DNA of 64,000 nucleotides from Malacoraja senta (lineage: Eukaryota). Shown here one piece after another: positions 1 through 13,000 of the stretch. A model generated the notes under the pieces. The model searched no databases and was not told the origin of the DNA. It was given only the letters and a program-made list of their open reading frames with translations. The position numbers were made by a program, and so were the translations under genes. How positions within the stretch are numbered: position 1 is the first letter of the stretch; each line of letters begins with the position of its first letter. The stretch lies in assembly GCA_038087875.1 (NCBI GenBank), contig CM075994.1:8558001-8622000 (forward strand), in the 5' to 3' direction.

Positions 1-184
1 GTCTGAACAGTGCAGGAAGGAACTGCAGATGCTGGTTTTAAACCGAAGACAAAAATGCTGAAGTAACTCAGCGGGTCAGGCAGCATCTCTGGAGATAAAG
101 AATAGGTGATGTTTCGGGTCAGTCTGAAGAAGGGTCTCGACCCGAAACGTCACCTATTTCTTTTCTCCAGTGTCTTAACAGTGT

Positions 185-650
185 TCTTTTTTTTTAAATA
201 ATAATTTTATTAGAAGCAATTGTGCAAGGAGAAAGTAATCGACATAACAATTATACAATTTTTGTACGGCTTAAATTTTAACATTTTATAAACTAATAAC
301 TAAATCGGAAAAAAGAAAAAAGGAATGAAGGGAAAGAAAGAAAAAATAAATAGAAAAGGAAGAATCTCGAAAAGGACACGAAAAAAATAAGAGAAAAACC
401 CTACAACTAACGAAGAAGTGAAAGAAGCGGAGATATATCCCACTACCCTTCCCTACGCCCGCTCACCCGACTCTAGCGTCGGTTTTGAATTTGTGTTCAA
501 CCATTATGTTGTTGAAGAAATTCAATAAAAGGAGATGTAACAGTGTTGTTAATACATAGTGCAGTGCTGTGTACTCAGTGAAAGTGGCAGACAAACGTTC
601 AACAAGACAAATTCTGGTTTGTTTTAATCTAAGGATAGTAATTTTCAATG
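185..650 (-). mobile_element. Probable L1/Tx1-like LINE 3' end remnant
   Basis: T-run followed by ttttattagaagc, resembling the 3' end of the L1-like element at 10003-15590. Confidence 0.5.
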
Positions 651-715
651 TTTAAAAACTCACTTCCAGAATTCCCTGCTGAAATATGACCTGTAGATTA
701 CTTATGAGTAGTTTA

Positions 716-1034
716 ACCTATGATGAGCGTTTGTTGGCACTGGGCCTGTACTCGCTGGAGTTTAGAAGGATGAGGAGGGGACCTCATTGAAACGTACGGA
801 ATAGTGAAAGGCCTGGATAGAGTGGATGTGGAGAGGATGTTTCTACTAGTGGGAGAGTCTAGGACTAGAGGTCACAGTCTCAGAATTAAAGGACGTTCCT
901 TTAGGAAGGAGATGAGGAGAAATTTCTTTAGTCAGAGGGTGGTGAATCAGTGGAATTCTTTGCCACAGAAAGCTGTGGAGGCCAAGTCAGTGGATATATT
1001 TAAGGCAGAGACAGATAGATTCTTGATTAGTACG
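716..1034 (+). mobile_element. CR1 LINE 3' fragment (left part; continues 5776-5905 after the Gypsy insertion)
   Basis: Translates to CR1 ORF2 C-terminus (GLDRVDVERMF..SRTRGHSLRI..FFSQRVVN.WNSLP); sequence resumes after the TSD. Confidence 0.9.
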
Positions 1035-1237
1035 TGTAAAGGATTGATATCGAGACATCGTTACTTTACTATCTTTATTCATACTGGACATTATACATTG
1101 CACTAGCTGTACGTGGTCTGTCACAGGAACTAGAGAGCGATCTGTGGGTGTGGAGGTTGTAGTTATACTTGTAATATGGGGAGTGGTTAGTGGGTGTGAG
1201 GTCACTATGTTAAAGGCACATGCATATCTCATCTACA
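1035..1237 (-). repeat. Gypsy 3' LTR
   Basis: Direct repeat of 5573-5775; adjacent to the PPT ggggaggaagga on the minus strand. Confidence 0.97.
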
Positions 1238-1306
1238 TCCTTCCTCCCCGAAACGACAGGCAAATACAAAGGTGACATGGCGACCACGGCTCATGCGCTA
1301 GGATAG

Positions 1307-4300
1307 CTAGGCAACATCGCCATAGCGGTCAGGCGGTTTGACCAGACGTCCCGCCCGGGTTCGCGTCTCGCCATCCACCCTTCCTGGAGGAGGAAGAGGC
1401 ACCAGCGGGGACAGACGAACCTGAAAGGGAGAAACGGGAGGAAACGGAAGAGATCGCGGCACCGAAACCGGAGGGGATGCGGGGCCGGGACCGGGGAGAG
1501 CGCGGGGAGGCGTGCGAGGACTAGTCGGAGTGTGTTGGAGCGGAGGGGGCGAAGGAGGAGCAGAGCGAGGCATGCAGGGAATCACGGGCAGGGCAACGGC
1601 CGGACGGGAAACAGGCAGCGGGGGAGCAAAGGGATCGGCGGGAGGAGGACGCGGCTCGTGGACGAGCCGAAGGTGCTGGCGAGACCGTCGGTAAATGGTC
1701 CCAGCGTAGTCGACGAAATAGGACCTGGGCGACCCCGCAGAGCCGACGACAGTAGCGAGCTTGGAGTGACCGGGAGTGGTCTGCATACGGACTACTTGAC
1801 CGGGGAAGAGGGGCGGCAGCGGGTGGCAGGACCTGTCATGGGACCGCTTTTGGACGTCTTGCCTGAAGGCAATCCGTTTCTGAACCGCCGCAGGTGGAAG
1901 GACCGAGGGTATGAGGGATCGCTGGGCCACCGGGAGTGGGAGCCTGGTAGCGCGAGACAGGAGCCGCTGAGCAGGGGAACCCATGGCAGGGTCGCGAGAG
2001 ATGTTCCGAAGGCTGAGGAGGGCCAGGTGGAAGTCGGAGTTAATGCCACCACACTGTTCCAACAAGTGCTTAGCACTGCGGACCGCGCGCTCGGCCAAAC
2101 CGTTGCTTTGCGGGTACTCCGGGCTGCTTGTGAAATGGCGAAAGTTCCATCTGGAAGCGAACGCTTTAAACTCGGAGCTCGTGAACTGGCTGCCATTGTC
2201 CGACTGCAGGCTTGCCGGGGGGCCAAAAGTGCTAAAGTGAGGGTCCAACCTGTCGATGACGGCCGAAGAGGTCACGGAAGGCAGCCGGTCAACCGCAAAC
2301 CAGCTGGAGTAGAAGTCAACGAGTACCAGGAAATGTTTGCCCCGCCACTCGAAAATGTCTGTGGCGAGCGCCATCCAGGGCAGTCCGGGCGCGGGCTGCT
2401 GTAGAAGCGGCTGACGCTGCTGATGGGGGGCGCGGCTGTTGCAGGTGGAACACGATGAGACCCTCTCCCGGATGTACTTTGCCATATCCGGCCAATAGAA
2501 CTGTGCCTTGGCGAGAGACAAAGTGGCTTCGGCCCCAGTGTGACCGCGGTGTGCGACCTGAAAATAGTGGTCGTGCAGCGCCGCGGGCACGACCACTTTG
2601 TGACCCTTCACCACCACGCCGTCGTGCAATACGAGCTCGTCCCGAATCAGGAAGTAGGGCACGGCTCCAGCCGGCAGTGCCGAGCGACGGTCAGGCCAGC
2701 CCTGCCGGATGACGGCAGACAGCTGTTGCAGGGCAGGGTCGTTGGTAGTGTGTTCAACCAGGGATTTCATCTGTGGCGAGGGGACGAAGTTCAATCGTAG
2801 TACTAGTAACTCGGACGTTTCGTATTGGTGGCGAGCAGTGGACGTCAGCGGGGCGCGAGACAACGTGTCGGCTACGAACATGTCCTTCCCCTTACGATAA
2901 ACCACCGTGAACGTGAAACGCTGGAGCTGCAGCAGCATGCGCTGCAGACGTGATGAGGCCACATGGATCGGTTTGTTGAGGATGGTAACAAGTGGTTGAT
3001 GGTCAGTTTCAACGGTGAAAGTGTTGCCCACGATGTAGTCCCGGAATTTGGAGCAGGCAAACAGCACGGCCAGTAGCTCCTTCTCAATCTGCGCGTAGTG
3101 CTGTTCGGTGGCGGTCATGGTGCGGGACGCGAATGAGACAGGCATCTGCAGGCCGTCATGGACCTGGAGGCAGGCGGCACCGAGTCCGAATTGAGAGGCG
3201 TCGCAGGTGAGGACAATGGGATGCCGCAGGTCAAAGAACTTGAGCGTGGGTGTGCTGATCAGTTTAGACTTAAGAATGTCAAATGCCTTCTGATGATTGG
3301 GTAACCAAAGCCAGGAAGTGTCCTTTTTGATCAGATCCCTCAGGGGAGCGCTGAGCTCGCTTAGGTCGGGGATGAACTTCCCCAGGTAGTTTACCAAGCC
3401 GAGAAAGCGTTGCAGGCCTGCCACGTTAATAGGAGGAGGCATCCCTGAGATGGCAGTCGTTTTCTGCGGGTCAGGCTTCAGCCCCTCAGCGGTGAATACG
3501 TGTCCAACATAGGTGACCTCCGAGACGCGGAATCGGCACTTCTTGGGGTTCAGTTTCAAGTTGATTTGCCTGGCCCGGTCCAGGATCAGGCGGAGGTTGA
3601 CATCGTGTTCGGCAACATCCTTACCGTAAACGAGGATGTCGTCAACAATTATGGCGCAAGGCAGATCTCAAAACAACTGTTCCATGGTTCGCTGGAATAC
3701 CTCGCTGGCAGAGTTGATTCCGAAGGGCATTCGGAGGAACCGAAACCTCCCGTAGGGGGTGGCGAAGGTTGTCAAAATGGACGACCGCTCGTCCAGTGGT
3801 ATCTGCCAGAATGAACTCTTGGCATCGAGGACCGAAAAGACCGTTGCTGGACCAACCCGTGCAGCGACGTCTTCCACCGTTCTCATAGGGTAGTGAGGGC
3901 GCCGAATGGCCAGGTTGAGGTCTCTGGGGTTGATGCAGATGCGTATCTCACTCATGTCCTTTTTAGCAGCAACAACCATGGAAGAGACCCAGCTGGTGGG
4001 CTCGACGACCGCCTTTAGGACGCCCATTTGTACCATACTGTGCAGGGTCGCCTCCACTTTGTCCCTCATGGCGAAGGAAATACGGTGAGGAGCATGGACC
4101 ACAGGAACGATCTTATGGTCCACTTCAATCCTGTAGCTGCAGGGTAGTTTGCCTAGCTTATCATCAAAGCGGTCAGGATACTCGGCCAGCGGGTCCATAA
4201 GAGCCCGCACGTGGTGGATGTCCCGGTGGAAGGACATCAGTCCCATTTCCTGGCATGCCTGGATCCCCAGCAGGGGAACGCAACTTCGATTGAGGAGAAA

Positions 4301-5479
4301 GAAGGTGAGGGGCCGAGTGGCCTTCAGTATCTTACAGTGTAGTGTGGCCTTGCCCACAGGAGTAAGGATCTCCCCACCGTAGGCATGCAGGTTTGAGCTC
4401 TGAGAAAATATCTTCTCATTAGTCCTTATCTGGTTGAAAAGAGATGTTGACATAACATTGGTAACCGCCCCAGTGTCGATTTTGGCCGTGAAGGTCGAGT
4501 TGTTCACAGTGACTTGCACAGAAGGATCCGTTATCATAGCAGGTGCGTTCACCACGGTAAACAAGCTGGTTTCTGCCTGAGAGGAGTTGGATGTAGGAAC
4601 AGAATGTTCATCGGAATAGTGCTGGGAGCTGAGATCATTATCCGACTGTAGAAGGTTGTTTAAATTTTGCCTTCGAGCAGCGACAGGCTTCCCACGGGAA
4701 CGACAGGCTGCAGCAAAATGGTTCAACTTATTACAGGAGTTGCAGTACTTTCCCAGCGCAGGGCACACATTGAACTGATGAGATGTGAAGTTGCAATTAG
4801 GGCACCTTTGCTGGGTGTCTCCCCTTGTGGCACCACCGAACCCCGGGGCGCGTCCCCCTCGAGCAGCGAGCGACACCGGGGGTCGCGACTGGGGTGCGTT
4901 CACGGGATAGCTAGGAGTGCTGGCAAAGTTGATCGCCTGTTCAGCCGGCGGCGCCGCCGCGGAAACAGCGTCGGCTAAGCGAGTAGCGTGCATTGCATCG
5001 GCCAAGGTCAGATCCGGCTTGCGAAGTAGTTCGGACCTGAGCTTCTCATCACGGAGACCGTAAACCAGTAGGTCCCTGATGACATTATCGGGGGTCCACG
5101 TCTCGAGGCGGCAGCGCCTGCCCAGGTCCCGCAGCGCAATGACATAGTTCTCAGCCGATTCCCCAGGGAGCTGACGCCGCGCGAACAGTTTAAAACGTTC
5201 TAAAATGCAATTAGTAGGAATGTCACAAATAGCGTCAAACTTAGCCAACAGACATGCCGGGTCCCGAGCTGATTCTCCAGGAGCGTAGACGAAGAAGTCC
5301 GAGCGAGTCAAGGCGTTGGGAGCAGCCAAGTTGAGAAGCAGCGAGGCTTTGAGAGCGTCGGTGGCGCCAGGATGGGCAATCGTGAAATAGTGTTCAAAGT
5401 CGCGTTTGAATATGTCCCATCGAAGGGCGATGTCGAAATCGAAAACGAGCGCATCGGGCTTACGGGCAGAAGAGGCCAT
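1307..5479 (-). pseudogene. Gypsy gag-pol polyprotein, one reading frame with a single in-frame TGA at 3668-3670
   Basis: ATG at 5479 (MASSARKPD). Gag zinc knuckles (CPNC..H...C, CNSC..NH...C), protease KIDTGA, RT LDAKSSFWQ / RMPFG / IVDD, RNase H CDAS..GLGA, integrase HHCC plus D-D-E (TDIF, SDNG, AER). ORFs 3668-5506 and 1307-3559 are in the same frame. Confidence 0.93.
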
Positions 5480-5572
5480 AACAAAAACAGTTAGGGGGGG
5501 AAACAAAAAACTGGGTCAAAATTAAATGATAAACCGATAAACGGGAGGCGCAAGGTACGTTATTTGACACCA

Positions 5573-5775
5573 TGTAAAGGATTGATATCGAGACATCGTT
5601 ACTTTACTATCTTTATTCATACTGGACATTATACATTGCACTAGCTGTACGTGGTCTGTCACAGGAACTAGAGAGCGATCTGTGGGTGTGGAGGTTGTAG
5701 TTATACTTGTGATATGGGGAGTGGTTAGTGGGTGTGAGGTCACTATGTTAAAGGCACATGCATATCTCATCTACA
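5573..5775 (-). repeat. Gypsy 5' LTR
   Basis: Direct repeat of 1035-1237; followed on the minus strand by TGGTGTCA (PBS-like). Confidence 0.97.
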
Positions 5776-8124
5776 GTACGGGTGTCAGGGGTTATGGGGA
5801 GAAGGCAGGGGAATGGGGTTAGGAGGGGGAGATAGATCAACCATGATTGAATGGTGTAGATTTGATGGGCCGAATGGCCCAATGCTGCTCCTATCATAAT
5901 CTTATGATCTGTACCTGCTTTCGATATCCTGTTCTTCTAGAATAACCTGTTTTAAATGCTTTTGCTGCTTTCATGGGCTGCATTTAGAATGCTTTCAATA
6001 AAACCAAATTGTGTTCTGCTTCAAATCTGCAGGTGATTTTCATAACCATCATCATAATCGTCATAATTAGCCAGGTATGTTTTGCAACATACGAGGAATT
6101 TGATTTGCCATACAGTCATACTAATAAAAAGCAACAGAACATATAAAATATATTTTAACATAAACATCCACCACAGTGACTCCTCCACATTCCTCACTGT
6201 GATGGAAGGTGAAAACAAGGTTCAATCTCTTCCTTTCTTTGTCCTCCAGCAGTCGGGGGGCTCGAGCCTTCCGTTGACGGGGCGATCTTACTCCCGTAGC
6301 CGGCTGCGGGCCTCCTCATCGGGGCGATCAAGCTCCTGCATCGGGGGGAATCTCAGCTCCCCCGCGCCGGGCGATCTGACCCCGGGTCGGGGCTGGTCGA
6401 ACGTCGTGCGGCTTTTGGAGATTCCCGACGTCGGTCACAACCCGAGACTGCGAGCTCCTTGATGTTAACGTCTGCAGGTCGCGGTTGGAGCGTCCATCCC
6501 AGTCGATGGTAAGTCCACGCCCCGCGGTGGGGCTCAAAGTCAGTCCTGCGCAAGGCCTCCAGCTCCATGATGTTAGGCCGCTGAGCGACCGGAGTTACGA
6601 TCCGGAAAACAATCGCATCTCCGGCAAGGTAAGAGACTGAAAAAAAGTTTCCCTGATCCCTCCCCCCCACATAAAACAAACCAGAAAACATTAACACAAA
6701 CTTTTTAAACACACTAAAAATAACAAAAAAAATGAGGAAAGGACAGACAGACTGTAGGCGAGGCGAGGGAAGTCGGGTTCCCTTCTATTCAAATTTAATT
6801 TCTGCATGGTTTCAGGCTGAACATCTAGGGCGGCAGGGTTGATAATATCCTAGTTAATAATGGAATATTTTATGTATTTTATTAAGTAAAGATTAATTTG
6901 GCTTTTGGGTTCTGAGTAAATGAAAGCTTTGAAAATTGGGTTCTGTCGAAGGGCTGGGTAATCAGGAAATTGGAGGCCAGCAGTCAAACTGCATCCAAGC
7001 TGCTTTCTGTTGTGCCCAAGCAAACGATATTGACAATGGTGAGAGGGGATGTACTTGCTGAGAATGTTCTGGCTTCTGTAAACACAAGCCTTGGGAGAGG
7101 ATGAGCTTCCTGAGAAATTGGTATTCTCTGCTAGCAGGAACTTCTGTGGGCAACTGATAAGAATCCTTACATTGTTTAAGAAGGTACTGCAGATGATAGA
7201 CCTTTGACTAACTTCCTGTTATTTGGGGTTTCGTAACTAAAGTTTGTGATCGATATAACCATAGCATGAGAAGTATTGTATTATTGACAAATACTTTGAA
7301 TGGGTAGAGCTGTGATTGATATGTTAGACGTCATTGCTGCCATTCTGTATGAACATGTGACCATGTTTCCAAAACAGTATAAAAAGATGCTGTATGTCTT
7401 CATTCATGAGAGTGATGGCCTGGGAGGAGTTAAGTATCTGCTGTATGCTTGACTTTGTATCTCCTAGCACACTCTAGCTAAATGATCATTAAAGCTTGTA
7501 TTGGTTTTACCCAACTTTTTGTAAGTTGTCTGTTTTAAGAAAATGAACCTTAACACGCTGGCGCAGCGGGCAGAGCTGCTGCCTCACGGCGCCAGAGACC
7601 CGGGTTCTATCCTGACTTTGGGTGCCGGGTGTGTGGAGCTTCTACGCTCTCCCTGTTACCCGCGTGGGATTCCTCCAGGTGCTCCGGTTTCCTCCCACAT
7701 CCCAAAGACGTGCGGGTTTGTAGGTTAATCGGCCCCTCTGTAAATATCTCCCTAGTGTGTAGGGAGTGGATGAGAAAGTGGGATATCGTCGAACTCGCGC
7801 GAGAAAAGACACAAAGTGCTGGAGTAACTCAGGCAAATAACAGGAGAACATGGATATGGAAACCAGACTCACCCCCTGAGTTACTCCGGCACTTTCTGTC
7901 TTTTTCTTGTAAACCAGGTAATGACCAGATAATGGTTTATAAAATTACAGTGCATGAAACAGTGGGATAAAATATAGACCCAGTGTGAATGGGTGATCGA
8001 TGGTCAGCATGGACTTGGTTCCACGTTGTACGACTAAACTAAACTAAACTAATCTAAACTAAACCAAACTATACGAAACTAAACTACACTACCATAGTAA
8101 CATAGGAAATAGGTGTAGGAGTAG

Positions 8125-9164
8125 TAGCGATGTTTCAATACTTACCTTCAGCGGCGCTGCAGTTCTGCCACTGGCCGTGTGCGCGACTTTGGTGCCTTTG
8201 AGGGGGGAAGGCAGGATTAAAATGCCGTTTTCTCCTGCCTGTCGGAGGCGGACTTCCTCTGGCTGTTAAGCTGCTGCAGAAAAATCGTTCCGACTTCCGT
8301 TCTCGGAAGTAAAAAAAAAAAAATCGCGGGACAATTTAATCGCTGGAGTAAAATAGAACGCCACTTCTAACGCTGTCAATGCCTACAACGGGACGGATCT
8401 CACGTAGGGGACAAAACAAAATGTAAGTTGTGTATTTTACATATAAATTTGCTTCTTAGGATGACTTTAATCAAAATCTCCTTGGCGAAAATGTGATTTT
8501 GGCCCCATACGAACCGGCAGTATTTTTCCTGCCGATATGGAGTTCAAATTCACCGCTAATGCAACATTCCAATCGATCGCGTTCCACAAAAACTCACTCG
8601 CAAGATGATTAAAATATCCATTAATTTACGGGAATTAAACATTAAATTCCTTCCATTTGGCCTATAAATTCATGACCATGAGATAAAAAAAGTCATGTTC
8701 TATTGTGAATTCTTGTGTGAATGTTATTTGGACACTTAGGCTATTTAATATGTTAACCTTTTCTTAAGAAATTGATAGATGTTTAGATCTATTAATTGAA
8801 TTTTGTAATTAGCTATAATTAGGTAACTAACTAATTATATGCTTTAATTTCAGGTCATCCAAGTAAGATTGTTTCATATTTGTTTCAGAATGCTTCAATC
8901 TATAATAACTTTAAATTTCATTCAGTTCTCTTAATTTTAAGAAAGTTATGGGCTTTTGACTGTCCTCGATCACAGCTTTTGAGTTAAGTCAATGGAAAAG
9001 CAATAGGGAACAAAATGCTAATTTCCGAGTATGAAAATAGCCATAACTTTTTTAATACTGAAGATATGAAATTGAATTAGGTGTCAAATTAAACTTCTTT
9101 TTATGCTTATCTGATGGGATAAATAGCTTGATTTTTAAAATCTCAAAGTTTTGTAACATTGCTA
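8125..9164. mobile_element. Non-autonomous DNA transposon / MITE-like element
   Basis: Imperfect terminal inverted repeats (tagcgatgtttcaatactt vs revcomp tagcaatgttacaaaactt); AT-rich, non-coding interior. Confidence 0.5.
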
Positions 9165-9249
9165 TACAGTGGGGTTGTTCTACATGTTCACAAGTTACAG
9201 GAGTAGAATTAGGCCATTTGGCCCATCGTGTCTACTCCGCCATTCAATC

Positions 9250-9965
9250 TTAGAAACATAGAAACATAGGGGCAGGAGTAGGCCATTCAGCCCTTCGAGC
9301 CAGCACCGCTATTCAATATGATCACGGCTGATCATCCAAAATCTGTACCCCGCTCCTGCTTTTTCCCCATATCCCTTGATTCCGTTAGCCCTAAGAGCTA
9401 AATCTAACTCTCTCTTGAAAACATCCAGTGAATTGGCCGCCACTGTCTTCTATGGCAGAGAATTCCACAGGTTCACAACTCTCTGGGTGAAAAGGTTTTC
9501 CCTCGTCTCAGTCCTAAATGGCCTACCCCTTATTCTTAAACTGTGGCCCCTGGTTCTGGACACCCCCAACATCGGGAACATTTTTCCTGCATCTAGCCCG
9601 TCCAATCCCTTAAGAATTTTATATGTTTCTATACGATCCCCTCTCATCCTTCTAAATTCCAATGAATACAAGCCCAGTCGACCTATTCTTTCATCACATG
9701 ACAGTCCCTCCATCCCGGGAATTAACCTTTTAAACCTATGCTGCACTCCCTCAATAGCAAGAATGTCCTTCCACAAATTAGGAGACCAACACTGCACACA
9801 ATACTCCAGGTGTGGTCTCAACAGGGCCATGTACAACTGCAGAAGGACCTCCTTGCTCCTAATCTCAAATCCTCTCGCTATGAAGGAAAAAACATGCCAT
9901 TTGCTTTATTCACTGCCTGCTGTACCTGCATGCTTTTCTTTCAGAGACTGATGTACAAGCACACC
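9250..9965 (-). mobile_element. CR1 LINE 3' fragment
   Basis: ORF 9450-9836 RPHLEYCVQ.WSP..KDI..IEGVQ..GLYSLEFRR; (tttctatg) tail. Confidence 0.9.
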
Positions 9966-10070
9966 TAGTTGTACTAAAGATTTCATGGCTGATCTCTGCC
10001 TCCTTTTTTTTTTTTTTTTGTAAATATTTTTATTAGAAGCATGTATACAAATAGTAGTAAGCGACAATTT

Positions 10071-13000
10071 AATAGTAAGATTAAACGAGAACTTACCAGT
10101 TTGAAGTTTGATCTTTATTTTATGAGGAGTTACGATGAGCGATTATGTGAAGAAGACCATCAAGGCGCATGCGCGTCAAGCAGCGGTGTGAAATCACAGA
10201 TAACAGTTGTTGAACTAACATAGTCAGATTAGAGATGACTAGAACTACCAGATGATCTTTATGATACGAGGGTTCGGAGCGGAGGGCACGTAATCGCTCA
10301 TCATAACTCCTCATAAAATAAAGATCAAACTTCAAACTGGTAAGTTCTCGTTTAATCTTACTATTTTACTTAGGAGTCACGTGAGTGACTACGTGAAGAT
10401 TTTGAAGCTCTGTGATTTCATGCCGCGGAAAACGAGTCCACACAAGCACGACTGCATCAGTTGACCACAGATAAGGGAAACATTCAGAATGCATACAGCC
10501 ATGACATAGATCTAAAACATGCTGATGATGATAAATGAACAAATAATAATAATAGTACCCCTCTCTTCCGGGGGGGGGAATATAAAATAAAACCTAAAAT
10601 ATAGTTGGCAAATACCCCTGGTCTGGCAATGGGTTAATATAGAATGTATGGAAAACTTGTTCGTTAGACCATCCTGCAGTCGGCAGGATGTGGTCCAGAG
10701 GAACGTATATAACCCTTGCTGCTGATGTTGTAGCAGCCCTGGTGGAGTGAGATTAGAAAATTAGTATCTACTCCTGCATAAGCCAAAACCCCGTTTTAAC
10801 CACCTGGAGATGGTCTGAAGTGATACCTTCTTATGCGGTTAATATAACTAACAAACATAGCTAGTATCAGTCTCTGAGGCTCTAAGTGACATTGACGTAA
10901 TGTTGTAAATGTGTGACCACACATAACCGAAGGTGCATTGGGTATGCTATGAGAACTAGTTTGAGACCTGACACCCCTGGGCTGCCTGCTTAACTAAATC
11001 GTAAACATGAAATATCACATTATTAACAGGTGAAACCATCCTGTCCAGTCGCAATTTATGTAATGACTGGACCCGTTGCGCTGAGAACAGTACCAAGGGA
11101 TAACTACCTAATTAGATCAGAGCCAAAGATAAGGATATAGCTGGAACCCCCTGGTGAAGTAATGTTAACACAATGTCAATATCCCATACTTCCGTGTACT
11201 TGGGTCTGGGAGAACGTGTGTAAAGATATCCTTAATAAACTGGATATTAGAGGGTGAGACCCGACAGAGCGGGTCCCGCTCACTGCAGCAAATATGATGA
11301 GAAAGCACGTTGGGCACAGTTAATGGGACTATAACTTAATTTATTGTCAAGGGCCCATTGAAAATGAACTCTAAGACATCAGTGTCGTATTATATGTAAC
11401 ATAGCATTTAAACAGAACACTTCCCATCTACTAAAGAGGAAATGTACTGCTTTTTTGGTGCTATCCCTGCACTCTGCAGTGAGCACAGACATGGATCGGT
11501 CTGACAACCCAAGCCGCAGGAACTGTCTTCTCAGATTCTGTAAGGCAATGAATTGATTAATCATGCAGAGGCTGGTTCCCCGAGTCCCAGGCTGAACCAG
11601 TAAAGTTTTATGTTTAGAAAACCCATATAAGGTTCTACTATAATTCCCAACATTTGTGGGAAACCATGGCTACATAGGCCAGTCAGACTGTACGAAAAAC
11701 CCTGAAGCGTGATCTTGCTGAATTTATTGCAAGACCCGATTGATGAGGCAAAATGGAGCAACGACATAAAAGAACATTCCTCCCCCGTGTAGCGAGAATG
11801 TATCTCTCGCCACTGTGATGCCACATGTCTTTACAACCGGTGAATGAGGCTGGATGCAAACATATCGATATTCGGTGTTCCATCGAGCCATAATGTCATA
11901 AAATACTTTGTGATCCAACAACCATTCCGTGTTGTCATTGATTTTACGTGATGATACAGCAGCGCCAAATAAGGTTGGTTAATTTATGACAGGATACTTT
12001 GACTTAATTGCACCCATGTGACCAACATATGCCACCACCACAGTGTATCAACCAGGAACTGAACATGCAGATCATGCATCCGCACAATAGCCCTTTAACC
12101 CATAGTATGCACCTAGTGTCTATAGGTAGTTGATACCAAAACAGAAGAATGGGTAATTCATGCAAATCCTCCGCCTCCGTAACTAGAGATGGCATTCGTA
12201 ATTTTCCATCTTTGAGCACTAGACCAAAATTACTGGAGCAATGCTGAATATAGTTCGTCCACCATTGTGACTTAGGTAGCTTCAGCTGGTAATAGCATAG
12301 GATTGTTAACAATTACCTATATGGCACTTGAGAGGTTACTACTTACACGTTGTAAGTTCTGATAATGCAAAGGCCCAATTACACAGCTGATACAGCTGCT
12401 ATATTGCCAATTATACTTGATGAATAGAAGACTGCTTGATAACAAGGTTGTTACATGTTTCTATAGATTACAATCTCTTGCCCCAGGGCGAAGTCACAGA
12501 TAAATTAATAGTTAAAGGTAAATCCGAATGACCAAACTCTAGTTGGTATCAACTTAAATTTAACTGGATGGATGAGGGACCTCAATTTCTCAAATATAGT
12601 CGCGGCTGAAACAGTTAATTTTAGCAAAACACAGCATTTAGGATATCATCCAGTTAAGCCATAACAAGTGTTTTGAGCTCTGAACAGTCCAAGGCCCGGT
12701 TTAGTAATTTGGTGGATGACCTGCAAGCTGAAGTTAGCCCATTTGCAAACCTTAACTGTTATCATTGCCCCATCCAGATAAATTTCAAATATCTCCGGTG
12801 ATCCCTGTGAATGGGACCTAAATAGTATTCATCTTTGAAATCGATGCATGCCATAAAGATCCTAAGGAAAGCAGATGTTAGACAGTAATGAAGTTCCATA
12901 TACTGAAAAGTCTATGTTGCACATGCCAGTTAAATCAATTATGAACCGACATCCTCCATCTTTCACAATGAACAGGCTACGCCTGCCATGATTCCGTTCC

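Larger units (their letters stand above)
1035..5775 (-). mobile_element. Full-length Ty3/Gypsy LTR retrotransposon, recent insertion into a CR1 3' fragment
   Basis: Two 203-bp TG...CA LTRs (1035-1237, 5573-5775) differing at one base by eye; 5-bp TSD GTACG (1030-1034, 5776-5780); PBS-like TGGTGTCA next to the 5' LTR on the minus strand; polypurine tract (revcomp of 1238-1249); gag-PR-RT-RH-IN order. Confidence 0.97.

Noticed and set aside
1532..2404. 290-aa antisense ORF within the Gypsy integrase region
   Set aside because: Expected shadow ORF of GC-rich coding sequence; no motifs
3668..3670. Programmed stop-codon readthrough in Gypsy
   Set aside because: The stop lies inside RT rather than at the gag-pol boundary and lacks a recognisable readthrough context
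6870..7155. Open minus-strand frames in unique-looking sequence
   Set aside because: No recognisable protein similarity or convincing exon boundaries
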